Positions 1 through 9,040 of a DNA stretch of 64,000 nt are shown here, piece after piece (the first letter of the stretch is position 1; every line of letters starts with the position of its first letter). Source of the stretch: Patescibacteria group bacterium (GTDB lineage: Bacteria > Patescibacteriota > Saccharimonadia > CAILAD01 > BJGX01); NCBI GenBank assembly GCA_026397045.1, contig JAPLVO010000008.1, forward strand, positions 20,850-84,849, written 5' to 3'. The notes under the pieces were generated by a model, which was not told the DNA's origin, made no database searches, and was given only the letters and a program-made list of their open reading frames with translations. The position numbers and the translations under genes are program-made.

Positions 1-592
1 AATTAAGGCGCATGATTCGTCTATCCATCTTGGAGCGCTCTTTCAGGATCTTCTGAGCGTGACTAAGATAGAGGATAAGCACATAAAGGATAGCAGAAAA
101 GTATTCAACCTAAGCGACCTAGTGCTCAAAATATCATCAGAGATGGAGCCTATTGCATCCAAAAAGAACCTCAGCCTAAAGACTCACATCGGTGGCGCAG
201 GGATTAAAAATGAGCTCGTGGTTGCGCCTACCTTCATGGTTTCTGCAGATCCTCTTAGGCTAAATGAAATAGTAACAAACCTTGTCGATAACGCAATTAA
301 ATACACCCAGGCCGGCGGCATAGATATCAATATCACAGGAGATAAATCTAGTGTTAGTGTCGAAATTACTGACACAGGTATGGGGATAACACCTCAAGAA
401 CAAAAGCACCTTTTTGAAAAATTTTATAGGGTGGACAATACTATGACTAGGGAGCAATCAGGAACCGGGCTTGGCCTATATATCGCCAGGAATTTAGTGG
501 AGCTATATGGTGGCAAGATATGGGTGTCTTCTAAGCTAGGTAAAGGCTCGACCTTTGGTTTTAGGCTGCCGATAGTAAGAGTGGTTGCATAA
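1..592 (+). CDS. Sensor histidine kinase, C-terminal HisKA end + HATPase_c (5'-truncated by the window)
   Basis: Frame is open from base 2 (IKAHDSSIHLGALFQDLLSV...). N box NLVDNAIKYT, G1 DTGMGI, F box FEKFYR, G2 GTGLGL. Confidence 0.93.
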   Translation, partial: IKAHDSSIHLGALFQDLLSVTKIEDKHIKDSRKVFNLSDLVLKISSEMEPIASKKNLSLKTHIGGAGIKNELVVAPTFMVSADPLRLNEIVTNLVDNAIKYTQAGGIDINITGDKSSVSVEITDTGMGITPQEQKHLFEKFYRVDNTMTREQSGTGLGLYIARNLVELYGGKIWVSSKLGKGSTFGFRLPIVRVVA

Positions 593-638
593 TAAGCATA
601 AAAAGAATTATAATAGTAAATATATAAAAGAGGTGCAT

Positions 639-1151
639 ATGTCAAAATTATTATTAGTAGAAGATGATATCAGCCTTAGAGATGTCTATAATGCTCGACT
701 CCAAGCCGAAGGCTATGATATCTCCCTGGCAAGCAATGGTGAAGAGGCCCTAGCAATGGCCGTGAAAGTACGCCCCGATTTAATCGTCTTGGATGTTATG
801 ATGCCAAGGATATCCGGCTTTGATGTCCTTGACATAGTCAGAACAACCCCAGAAATAGCCCACACCAAGGTAATCATGATGACTGCCCTTGGCAGCTCAG
901 AAGATAAAGAAAGGGGCGAAAAACTTGGTGTCGACCAATACCTTGTTAAGTCTCAAGTCACTCTCGAAGATGTTGTAACGACAATAAAAAAAGTCCTTGA
1001 AGGTGGTAGCTCATCTGCAGGGGAGCCTATAGTTGGTCAGGATTCCGTAAATACGCCAGAGGCAGCCACGGCCGCACCTCTTGCCGATACCTCTTCCCCA
1101 GTTATGCCCCCAGAAATACCTCAAGAGCCATTAGCCACTCCACCCCAGTAG
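639..1151 (+). CDS. Single-domain response regulator with Pro-rich tail
   Basis: LLVEDD, DLIVLDVMMP, T and K of the receiver fold. ATG 639 follows AGAGGTG SD. Confidence 0.9.
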   Translation: MSKLLLVEDDISLRDVYNARLQAEGYDISLASNGEEALAMAVKVRPDLIVLDVMMPRISGFDVLDIVRTTPEIAHTKVIMMTALGSSEDKERGEKLGVDQYLVKSQVTLEDVVTTIKKVLEGGSSSAGEPIVGQDSVNTPEAATAAPLADTSSPVMPPEIPQEPLATPPQ

Positions 1152-1230
1152 CTTTTAGCGGCCTGATGTTTAGCCTATCTGCATTATAAAACTGTGTTAT
1201 ATACCCTCATTATGAGATATAATTGGGCTT

Positions 1231-2637
1231 ATGATAAATCGCACAATGATTTCCGAACTAACAAACATGGTCGGCCAAGAAGCTAGTATTAATGGCTGGG
1301 TTCATGTTAGACGCGACCACGGCAAGTTAGCCTTTTTTGAGATTCGTGATGCTTCAGCTATTGTTCAGACAGTATACTTTAGGAGCGGGGTGGCTCTGGA
1401 CGAAATAATCGACAAGCTCAGGCCTGAATATGTCGTGGAAATCAAGGGACTAATAAAGGCTCGGCCAGAAAAAATGATAAATACCGAACATCCAAATGGC
1501 GCTGTTGAATTTGAGATTATAGACCTTAAAATTTTAAGCCACGCCGAAACACCACCTTTCGAGATAGCGGATATCAAATCTAAGGTTGGTGAAGATGTAA
1601 GAATGCGCTACCGGTATCTTGATTTGCGAAGGGCAGGTATGCAAAACAACCTTCGTTTCAGGCATAAATTTATAAAATCTATTAGGGATTATATGGACTC
1701 ATTTGGTTTTATCGAAATAGAGACTCCTATTTTAACTAAATCTTCACCCGAAGGAGCTCGAGACTTCTTGGTGCCATCTAGGCTCAGTGAAGGTAAGTTT
1801 TATGCACTTCCTCAGGCGCCTCAGCAGTTCAAGCAGCTCTTGATGATTAGCGGATTTGAAAAATACTATCAAATTGCTCGTTGCTTTCGCGATGAGGATC
1901 AGAGAGGCGATAGACAGCCCGAGTTTACCCAGCTAGATATGGAAATGAGTTTTATGTCTCAGCAAGAGATTTTAGATTTCAACGAGACAATGCTAAAGAA
2001 AATAATTTCGGATATGCTCCCTAATAAAAAGCTACCCACTAAATTTCCCGTAATTACTTATGCTGAATCTATGGAAAAATATGGCAATGACAAGCCAGAC
2101 ATGCGTAAAAATGTCGATGACCCAGACGAGCTCGCTTTTTGTTGGGTAGTAGACTTCCCAGTTTTTGAAAAAACATCAGAAGGCCATATCACCTTTGCTC
2201 ACAACCCTTTTGCCAAGCCGCTAGATGAAGATCTTGGACTACTTAAATCCGATAACCCAAAGGACCTACTTAAAATGCGAGCGCACTGTTATGACTTAGT
2301 TCTAAATGGAGTAGAAATTAGTAGTGGCAGCTTGAGAATTAATGACCCCCTTGTGCAGAAAGCTATTTTTGAAAGGTTTGGTCTAAGCGAGAGCGAAGTC
2401 AACGAGAGGTTTGGTGACTTCCTAGAGGCCTTTAAGTACGGGGTGCCACCTCATGGTGGCTTTGCTCCTGGCCTAGACAGATTGATTACTGAGCTGCTAA
2501 ATGAAGGCTCAATTCGAGAAGTTATCGCATTTCCTAAAACGGGCGACGGCAGGGATCTCATGTTTAAAAGCCCATCTATTGTCAGCCCTGAGCAGCTCAA
2601 GGAGCTTGGAATTGCAATCAAGCCCCAGGATGGTTAG
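1231..2637 (+). CDS. aspS: Aspartate-tRNA ligase, short form without GAD insertion
   Basis: RRDHG OB fold, RYLDLR, LPQAPQQFKQLLM, CFRDED, PPHGGFAPGLDRL, AFPK; 468 aa. Confidence 0.96.
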   Translation: MINRTMISELTNMVGQEASINGWVHVRRDHGKLAFFEIRDASAIVQTVYFRSGVALDEIIDKLRPEYVVEIKGLIKARPEKMINTEHPNGAVEFEIIDLKILSHAETPPFEIADIKSKVGEDVRMRYRYLDLRRAGMQNNLRFRHKFIKSIRDYMDSFGFIEIETPILTKSSPEGARDFLVPSRLSEGKFYALPQAPQQFKQLLMISGFEKYYQIARCFRDEDQRGDRQPEFTQLDMEMSFMSQQEILDFNETMLKKIISDMLPNKKLPTKFPVITYAESMEKYGNDKPDMRKNVDDPDELAFCWVVDFPVFEKTSEGHITFAHNPFAKPLDEDLGLLKSDNPKDLLKMRAHCYDLVLNGVEISSGSLRINDPLVQKAIFERFGLSESEVNERFGDFLEAFKYGVPPHGGFAPGLDRLITELLNEGSIREVIAFPKTGDGRDLMFKSPSIVSPEQLKELGIAIKPQDG

Positions 2638-2643
2638 CTAAAA

Positions 2644-3303
2644 GTGGCCTTTGTCTTAGAACTAAAAAACTTCCAGGGACCTTTTGATGTGCTACTAGAA
2701 ATGCTAAGAAAACAAAAGTTAGATATAACCGAGGTAGCTCTTGCCAAGATAACATCTGACTACCTTAAATATACTGCCCAGCTAGATTTGAAGATTACTG
2801 AAATGAATTGGTTTTTATATGTGGCCGCTAAATTGGCAATGGATAAAAGTTCTGCACTATTGGATGTAGATGTCACTGATGAAAGCGATGACATCGATCT
2901 TGAGGAAAGCCTAAAGCGCTATGCAGTCGTAAAGGCTTCTGCGAGGCAGATAGGTGATAGGTCCTTAGCCCCAATGCTAACAAGTAGATCCAAGCCGACA
3001 AGGCCAGCAAGGCTAGCTCCCATTACAGCGGCCCAGCTTGCAAAAAGTTTTAAAGAGGCAATGGCCCAGTACCGCGCTAAGCCAGAGATTCAAACTATAG
3101 AGTCTAGGTCTGATAAGTACCAATATATACGGGAGAATTTTATTAACAGCCTTAATAAATTAGATTCTTTTACCGCAGATGAAATAGTTGATAATTCCAG
3201 TAATAAAACTGAAGCTATAATTTATTTCCTAGCTTTATTGGATATGCTACGAGATGGTCGACTCGACATCAGAAATGACATATTTATGCAGGGGGCAAAC
3301 TAA
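2644..3303 (+). CDS. scpA: Segregation/condensation protein A
   Basis: FQGPFDVLLEM N-terminus, C-terminal FLALLDML, adjacent to scpB. Confidence 0.85.
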   Translation: MAFVLELKNFQGPFDVLLEMLRKQKLDITEVALAKITSDYLKYTAQLDLKITEMNWFLYVAAKLAMDKSSALLDVDVTDESDDIDLEESLKRYAVVKASARQIGDRSLAPMLTSRSKPTRPARLAPITAAQLAKSFKEAMAQYRAKPEIQTIESRSDKYQYIRENFINSLNKLDSFTADEIVDNSSNKTEAIIYFLALLDMLRDGRLDIRNDIFMQGAN

Positions 3304-3785
3304 TGATCAGTAATATTCCCAGGCTAGTGACCTTACTATTTTATTCTGGCGAAGCGGTAAGTGCTAAGCAAATTATTAAAGAATTCAAGATTACCCAAGA
3401 GGAACTAGGCCAATTAGTTATTACTGCTAATAAAAGCCTGGACTCGCTAGGTTTATATATCATTTACAGCTCGACGAAATTAGAGCTTGCGACTCTTAGC
3501 CAGTACACTAAAGCTACTCTGGCATTCCATAATGATTCTACCCAGACTCTGTCTCAGTCAGCGCTAGAGGTACTGAGCATAATATCGTATAATCAGCCCA
3601 TTAGTAAGGACGAAGTTGATGATATCCGAGGTGTTTCCAGCGAACAGTCCTTAAAGAATCTAGCCAATTTGGGTTTGATACAAAAATCTAGCAATACTTC
3701 AGATTTAAAATATACAACAACGACTGAATTTCTGAAGCTAGCTGGCATAAAAAACCTTAAGGATTTGGACACGCCAAATGAATGA
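3303..3785 (+). CDS. scpB: Segregation/condensation protein B
   Basis: LSQSALEVLSIISYNQPISK..IRGV; YTTTTEFL..GI..L.DL. Confidence 0.9.
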   Translation: MISNIPRLVTLLFYSGEAVSAKQIIKEFKITQEELGQLVITANKSLDSLGLYIIYSSTKLELATLSQYTKATLAFHNDSTQTLSQSALEVLSIISYNQPISKDEVDDIRGVSSEQSLKNLANLGLIQKSSNTSDLKYTTTTEFLKLAGIKNLKDLDTPNE

Positions 3786-4464
3786 GGATATTAGGATAAA
3801 TAAGTACTTGGCTAGCGCTGGCTTGGCTGATTCGAGGCGCAAAGCTGATGAAATGATTAAGGCTGGGTTGGTTTTAGTTAATGGAAACCGCATTACCGAG
3901 CTAAGCACAAAATTAGGAGCTGATGACATTGTAGAAATTGCTGGCGTAAAAGGCGAGATCAGAAGAAACATATATATTGCCCTAAACAAGCCTCGTGGAG
4001 TAGTCTGCTCTCATGTTAATCAGGATAATAACCCAACTATCTTCGACATTCTACCTAAGGCATTTTATAATCTTAAAATAGCAGGCCGCCTAGACAAAGA
4101 TAGCGAGGGCTTGGTTATTCTTAGCTCAGATGGAGACTTCATCCAGAGCCTGTCCCACCCTAGCAATAATAAATCCAAGACCTACATAGTAATAACGAAG
4201 GAGCAAATTACTCAACAAAGCATATCCGCCCTGAATGCTGGGATAAAGCTCAAGGATGGTATGAGCAAATTAAAGGTTAGCGCTATTAATAATAATACAG
4301 TAAGGGTAATACTGAGCGAGGGCAAGAATAGGCAAATTAGGAGAAGTTTCGCAGGTGCCCAGCTAGAAGTTATTAAGCTTCAAAGAGTCAAGATAGGTAA
4401 CTATACCAACCCAAGACTTCAGCCCAGAAAATTCGTGTTTATTAAGCCCGAGGATGTCTTGTGA
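3778..4464 (+). CDS. RsuA/RluB-family pseudouridine synthase
   Basis: S4 domain RINKYLASAG..SRRKAD, LNKPRG, GRLDKDSEG, EGKNRQIRR. Confidence 0.92.
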   Translation: MNEDIRINKYLASAGLADSRRKADEMIKAGLVLVNGNRITELSTKLGADDIVEIAGVKGEIRRNIYIALNKPRGVVCSHVNQDNNPTIFDILPKAFYNLKIAGRLDKDSEGLVILSSDGDFIQSLSHPSNNKSKTYIVITKEQITQQSISALNAGIKLKDGMSKLKVSAINNNTVRVILSEGKNRQIRRSFAGAQLEVIKLQRVKIGNYTNPRLQPRKFVFIKPEDVL

Positions 4465-5360
4465 GCCCAGCGGTAATTATTGGCCTAATAACGAGCTTAG
4501 TATTGATTAATCTCGGAGTAAATATAGGGCCCTCTAATACCAATTCTATGGATCCTAAATATGCTGCTGTGCCTATTGCCCCGGCTCAGTACATGGCTGG
4601 GCCAACACTTATTCCGAATGCTACGAAGCTAGATACGCCTGCTAGCTCGGCTGTTTTACACGATGTTGATTCTGGCGTAATGCTTTATCAAAAATCTGCC
4701 AGTGAGAGACGGCCCGTTGCGTCCATAGCCAAGCTAATGACGGCGCTCGTGATAATGGACAGCCATAGCCCAGACGAAATCGTCAAAATCGGCGAGATTC
4801 CACGGCTCGAGCTGGATGCCCAGAAAATTGGTATCACTGAAGGGGAGGAGTTTAAGCTAGAGGATCTACTAAAGGCCTTGCTCATATACTCTGCCAATGA
4901 TGTAGCTAACGCTCTGGCCATCTACGATAGTGGTTCTATAGAAAAATTTGCTAGCAAAATGAATCTTAAATCGAAGGAGTGGGGTCTAGAGAATAGTAAC
5001 TTCGTCAACCCATCTGGCCTGGACTCGACCGATCAATACAGTAGTGCAAGAGATGTATTAACGCTATCTGAGCTGCTAATAAATAATAAAATATTTTCCG
5101 ATATTGTCTCGACAGAGTACACTAATATAAATAATTTATCCGGCAAAGACTATAGCCTCACCACCACGAATAAGCTTCTAGGCAAAAACGGCGTGATAGG
5201 GCTCAAAACCGGTTTTACACTAATCGCGGGAGAATGCCTAGTTGCATTGACTCAGAGAGATGGGCATAGGGTTGTTTCTGTAGTCCTAGATAGCCCTAAC
5301 CGTTTCCAAGAAAGCAAAAATATGGTAGACTGGGCGTTCAATAACTATATTTGGCAATAA
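4461..5360 (+). CDS. D-alanyl-D-alanine carboxypeptidase (peptidase S11)
   Basis: SxxK (ASIAK), SAN and KTG motifs; N-terminal TM segment. Confidence 0.92.
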   Translation: MSPAVIIGLITSLVLINLGVNIGPSNTNSMDPKYAAVPIAPAQYMAGPTLIPNATKLDTPASSAVLHDVDSGVMLYQKSASERRPVASIAKLMTALVIMDSHSPDEIVKIGEIPRLELDAQKIGITEGEEFKLEDLLKALLIYSANDVANALAIYDSGSIEKFASKMNLKSKEWGLENSNFVNPSGLDSTDQYSSARDVLTLSELLINNKIFSDIVSTEYTNINNLSGKDYSLTTTNKLLGKNGVIGLKTGFTLIAGECLVALTQRDGHRVVSVVLDSPNRFQESKNMVDWAFNNYIWQ

Positions 5361-5361
5361 A

Positions 5362-6684
5362 ATGAAATCATTATCAAGAGTAATAATTGTAGGGCAACCT
5401 AATGTCGGCAAAAGTGTTTTGTTTAATCGTTTAACCCATACCAACCAAGCGATTACATCTAACATAGCCCATACAACCCGCGACCAAAATCGCGGGGTTG
5501 TTAGGCATGATTCTGTTCAATTCGAGCTGGTTGATAGTGCAGGCTTTGCTAAGACCAGCGATGAGCTAAACAAACTTGCGATATCACTTATAGAGAGTGC
5601 TGTTAACAGCAGCGACTTGGTGATATTTGTGGCCGATGGCACCAGCGAACTAAACAATAACGACCTTAGACTTGCAAAGATGGTCATGAAGAGCCGACTT
5701 CATACTATCTTGCTCATAAATAAGTCAGACAAAAAGGAGTTCCTGGATAATCAAAACTATTTTAGAAAACTCGGTTTTGAGAACATCATGCAGGCCTCAG
5801 CTCAAAACGGCCAGGGGATTAATGACCTGCTAGATGAAATCGTATTAAAAATACCCCGTAAAAAAGCCATAAAAAAGCAGGAAAGTATTAAGGTTGCGAT
5901 TCTGGGGCGCCCCAATGTAGGTAAGAGTGCGCTACTAAATGCCATGGCCAAAGAAGATCTAGCACTGGTGAGTGATATTGCTGGTACGACCCGAGATGTT
6001 AATTCAGCCAGGCTCAAATACAAAGACACCACTTTAGAATTCTACGACACAGCTGGCCTTAGGCGAAGAGGTAAAATAGCGGCTGGGATTGAATTTTTTT
6101 CTACCACTAGAAGCAAATCGGCTATAGAAAAAGCTGATATCTGCCTGGTCCTAGTTGATGCTAAAGAGATGCTTACTAACCAGGATGAGCATATTATAGG
6201 CCTGATAAAAGATTCTCAGAAGGCGTTGATAGTAGTAGTTACGAAGTGGGATGCCATTGAAGACAAAGATGATAATCTGATGCAGTATCTGGCTAGCAAG
6301 ATAAGCGGCCAGCTCCAGTATGTCTGGTGGGCACCGCTTATTTTTACTTCTTCTGTTGATTTTCAGAACCTAGAGAAACTTAAGGAAATAATAGTTACCG
6401 TAAACAATAGATTAGAGACAACACTACCTACTACCAAGCTCAATGAAGTACTACGAAATGCCGTCAACAGACAACCTCCGGTGACCACTAAGGGCTACCA
6501 CGCCAAATTAAATTATATAACTCAGACAGCTACCAACCCACTGGAGCTGAGTATTTTTGGGACGCACCCTGAACTTATTCACTTTAGCTACCAGAGATAT
6601 CTGGAAAACCAGATTCGCAAAAACTTTGAACTTACTGGGATACCCATTAAAATACTGTTCAAGAGTAAGTACAAAGATAAATAA
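5362..6684 (+). CDS. der: Ribosome biogenesis GTPase Der/EngA
   Basis: Two tandem G domains (GQPNVGKS, GRPNVGKS) plus KH-like C-terminus. Confidence 0.96.
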   Translation: MKSLSRVIIVGQPNVGKSVLFNRLTHTNQAITSNIAHTTRDQNRGVVRHDSVQFELVDSAGFAKTSDELNKLAISLIESAVNSSDLVIFVADGTSELNNNDLRLAKMVMKSRLHTILLINKSDKKEFLDNQNYFRKLGFENIMQASAQNGQGINDLLDEIVLKIPRKKAIKKQESIKVAILGRPNVGKSALLNAMAKEDLALVSDIAGTTRDVNSARLKYKDTTLEFYDTAGLRRRGKIAAGIEFFSTTRSKSAIEKADICLVLVDAKEMLTNQDEHIIGLIKDSQKALIVVVTKWDAIEDKDDNLMQYLASKISGQLQYVWWAPLIFTSSVDFQNLEKLKEIIVTVNNRLETTLPTTKLNEVLRNAVNRQPPVTTKGYHAKLNYITQTATNPLELSIFGTHPELIHFSYQRYLENQIRKNFELTGIPIKILFKSKYKDK

Positions 6685-6699
6685 GCTATAATATAGACT

Positions 6700-7254
6700 A
6701 TGAAACTTATCATTGGCATTGGCAACCCAGGACAAGAATATATAAATACTCGACATAATTTAGGCTTTATGGTGCTCGACGAAATCTGCAAAACCATTAA
6801 AGTTTCTACTAAATTCGATAAGAAACTCAAAGCCGAGATGTATGCCACTATTATCGGCGGCGAGACCGTGATACTAGCCAAGCCCCAAACCTTCGTAAAC
6901 TTAAGCGGGGATAGTGTAGCTAAGATAGCTACTTTTTATAAAATACAAACCAAGGACATCTGGGTTGTGTCTGATGATTTAGCGCTGGACTTTGGTACCA
7001 CCCGAATAAGGGTTGGCGGGAGTAGCGGAGGGCACAATGGCCTAAGAGATATTATCGGCAAAGTAGGGGAAGATTTTACGCGCTTCAGGGCGGGGATTAG
7101 AAACGAATCAGCAGAAAAAATTTCAACTGAAAAATTCGTTCTACAAAAATTTAATCAAGAAGAGCTAGAAAACCTTGAGGTATTTATTAAAAGGGTAGCC
7201 GAGATAGTACTAGAATCACTAGAAAAAAGTCCAGAGCATAGCACTATAAAATAA
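6700..7254 (+). CDS. pth: Peptidyl-tRNA hydrolase
   Basis: GIGNPG..Y..TRHNLGF, KPQTFVNLSG, GGHNGL. Confidence 0.96.
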   Translation: MKLIIGIGNPGQEYINTRHNLGFMVLDEICKTIKVSTKFDKKLKAEMYATIIGGETVILAKPQTFVNLSGDSVAKIATFYKIQTKDIWVVSDDLALDFGTTRIRVGGSSGGHNGLRDIIGKVGEDFTRFRAGIRNESAEKISTEKFVLQKFNQEELENLEVFIKRVAEIVLESLEKSPEHSTIK

Positions 7255-7334
7255 TACTTAAAGTTTATTCCGCTACATGCTAGCAATTAATTTTTGGACT
7301 TGATAAGCTGAGTAAAACAAATACAAAATTTGAA

Positions 7335-7560
7335 GAATAAAAAACAGACCAGCCGTATAAACTCGAACTGATCTGTTTATTATTCCCTTTAAGGCCCCCG
7401 AAACGGGATTTTGGCGACCGCGTAGTATATAAGTAGGCCGTGGCGTTAAAGGGAGTAATCTGCTCGCGAGATCTAAAAGGAGGGTGATTTCTAGATTTGG
7501 CCTCGCGGAGCAGATTACTCCCTTGAAATACTGGAGAAATATGTTCTTACTTAAGAACGA
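7335..7560 (-). ncRNA. Candidate ~225-nt structured sRNA, unknown family
   Basis: No ORF of 60 aa or more. Long inverted repeat 7449-7524; terminal hairpin + U-run 7335-7385 on -; upstream TTGACA promoter; G-U pairs favour the - strand. Confidence 0.55.
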
Positions 7561-7562
7561 TT

Positions 7563-7594
7563 AGTATACTATCACATAAGCAGTATGTTGTCAA
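7563..7594 (-). promoter_or_regulatory. Sigma70-type promoter divergent from dprA
   Basis: - strand reads TTGACA-17nt-TAGTAT(ACT). Confidence 0.6.
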
Positions 7595-7650
7595 TACTTT
7601 TAACTCCTTACGCTTAATAGTTTTTGGAAGCTACAGATTGGAGCAAGAAT

Positions 7651-8502
7651 ATGAATATACAACATATATACAATAAAGACAATGCCTATCCAATTCTCTT
7701 GCGGGGCATAGCTAGCCCACCTAAGTCATTATACGCAATTGGCGAAATCCCAGATTTACCTATGATAGCTATCGTTGGCACTCGAAAACCAACCGACTAT
7801 GGGCGCCAGATTTCCTATCAGCTTAGTAGCCAGTTAGCCAAAGCTGGATTTTGTGTGGTTAGCGGAATGGCCTTAGGGGTCGATGCCATTGTACATAAAG
7901 CTGCGATTGAGGCTGGCGGAAAAACTATCGCCGTGCTTGGATCTGGCCTTGATAAGCCCTACCCGATAAGTAACCATGGAATTTATAAAGAAATTGCTAG
8001 TGGTGCTGGAGCGGTAATTAGTGAATACCCATTAGGCACGCAGGCCTACAAGCAAAATTTCCCGGCCCGCAACAGAATTATAGCTGGCCTTTCATTGGCC
8101 ACCATAGTGACAGAGGCAGATGCTAAATCTGGCAGCCTAATAACTGCTAATTTTGCCCTTCAGGCCAACAGGACTGTGATGGCTGTACCCGGCAATATAT
8201 CTAGCCCACGGTCAGCTGGCCCAAATAACCTGATAAAGAATGGTGCGCAATTAATAACCAATATTGCAGATGTACTGGCTATATTGGGCTTACAACTACC
8301 ATCGATGGTCACAGCCAAGCCTCGTGCAGATAGCAGAGAGGAGGCTCGTATAATGGAGCAATTAGCAGACAGATCCTTAACCACCGAGCAATTGATTGAG
8401 CTAACCGAGATAGATGCTATTAATATTGCCTCGATTATTAGCCTGATGGAAATAACTGGAAAGATACGAAACCTAGGGGCTGGAAGCTGGATACTTACCT
8501 AG
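7651..8502 (+). CDS. dprA: DNA-processing protein DprA/Smf
   Basis: AIVGTR, VVSGMALGVDA, FPARNRIIAGLS, SGSLITA. ATG 7651 is preferred over TTG 7624. Confidence 0.96.
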   Translation: MNIQHIYNKDNAYPILLRGIASPPKSLYAIGEIPDLPMIAIVGTRKPTDYGRQISYQLSSQLAKAGFCVVSGMALGVDAIVHKAAIEAGGKTIAVLGSGLDKPYPISNHGIYKEIASGAGAVISEYPLGTQAYKQNFPARNRIIAGLSLATIVTEADAKSGSLITANFALQANRTVMAVPGNISSPRSAGPNNLIKNGAQLITNIADVLAILGLQLPSMVTAKPRADSREEARIMEQLADRSLTTEQLIELTEIDAINIASIISLMEITGKIRNLGAGSWILT

Positions 8503-8510
8503 TAAATCCT

Positions 8511-8539
8511 TTGCAATACTTCTATACTTATAGTATTAT
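8511..8539 (+). promoter_or_regulatory. Sigma70-type promoter of candidate ncRNA
   Basis: TTGCAA-17nt-TATTAT. Confidence 0.5.
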
Positions 8540-8545
8540 AGTGGT

Positions 8546-8887
8546 GCAATCCCATGGAAACCTAAATACTGCTAGGGCTCTTTACTTCTTCTTCCCTTTG
8601 GAGACTATCAGCCCGGCTTGGGTTAAGGACAGGTGCAGTTGCCTCCTCGGCTTCAAACTGTCTGTCTATGATCGGTCTGCAGCTATTTAGAGTGTATTAC
8701 AAACCCAACGGCGCCTTGGCAAATGATTCGACTGGAACTCCAGTTAAATTATGGCAAAAGCGTGGGCATATGGTTTTTTGTCGCCAGCGTATGACGGGGT
8801 TTTAATAGTTGGAGCATTCGCTCCATCACTAAATTTATTTCCATGGGTCGGGGTTGGTTACTGATGTAGCCAACCCCTAAATTTTTT
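8546..8887 (+). ncRNA. Candidate ~340-nt multi-domain structured RNA, unknown family
   Basis: 10-bp closing helix CCCATGGAAA(8551)/TTTCCATGGG(8838), nested helices, own promoter and terminator. Confidence 0.6.
8850..8887 (+). terminator. Intrinsic terminator
   Basis: GGGGTTGGTTA-CTGATG-TAGCCAACCCC followed by TAAATTTTTT. Confidence 0.7.
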
Positions 8888-9040
8888 AAACAATTAAATT
8901 TACACGATACTATGTTTCAGTTCGCCCGGAACGGCGGGTAAATTTGACACCACAAAGAAATATAATATATAGTTCTTTCTCTGTACGCATTTGCAAAAAA
9001 TCGAATAAAACATTAGCATTATTAAGAAAGAACAAATAGC

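Noticed and set aside
7475-7564. Type I toxin ORF after the + strand AAAAGGAGGGTG
   Set aside because: No well-spaced start codon; the possible peptides are not hydrophobic; G-U pairs favour the - strand.
8705-8745. tmRNA suggested by GATTCGAC
   Set aside because: No GGGG 5' acceptor, no T-arm/CCA 3' end and no tag reading frame.
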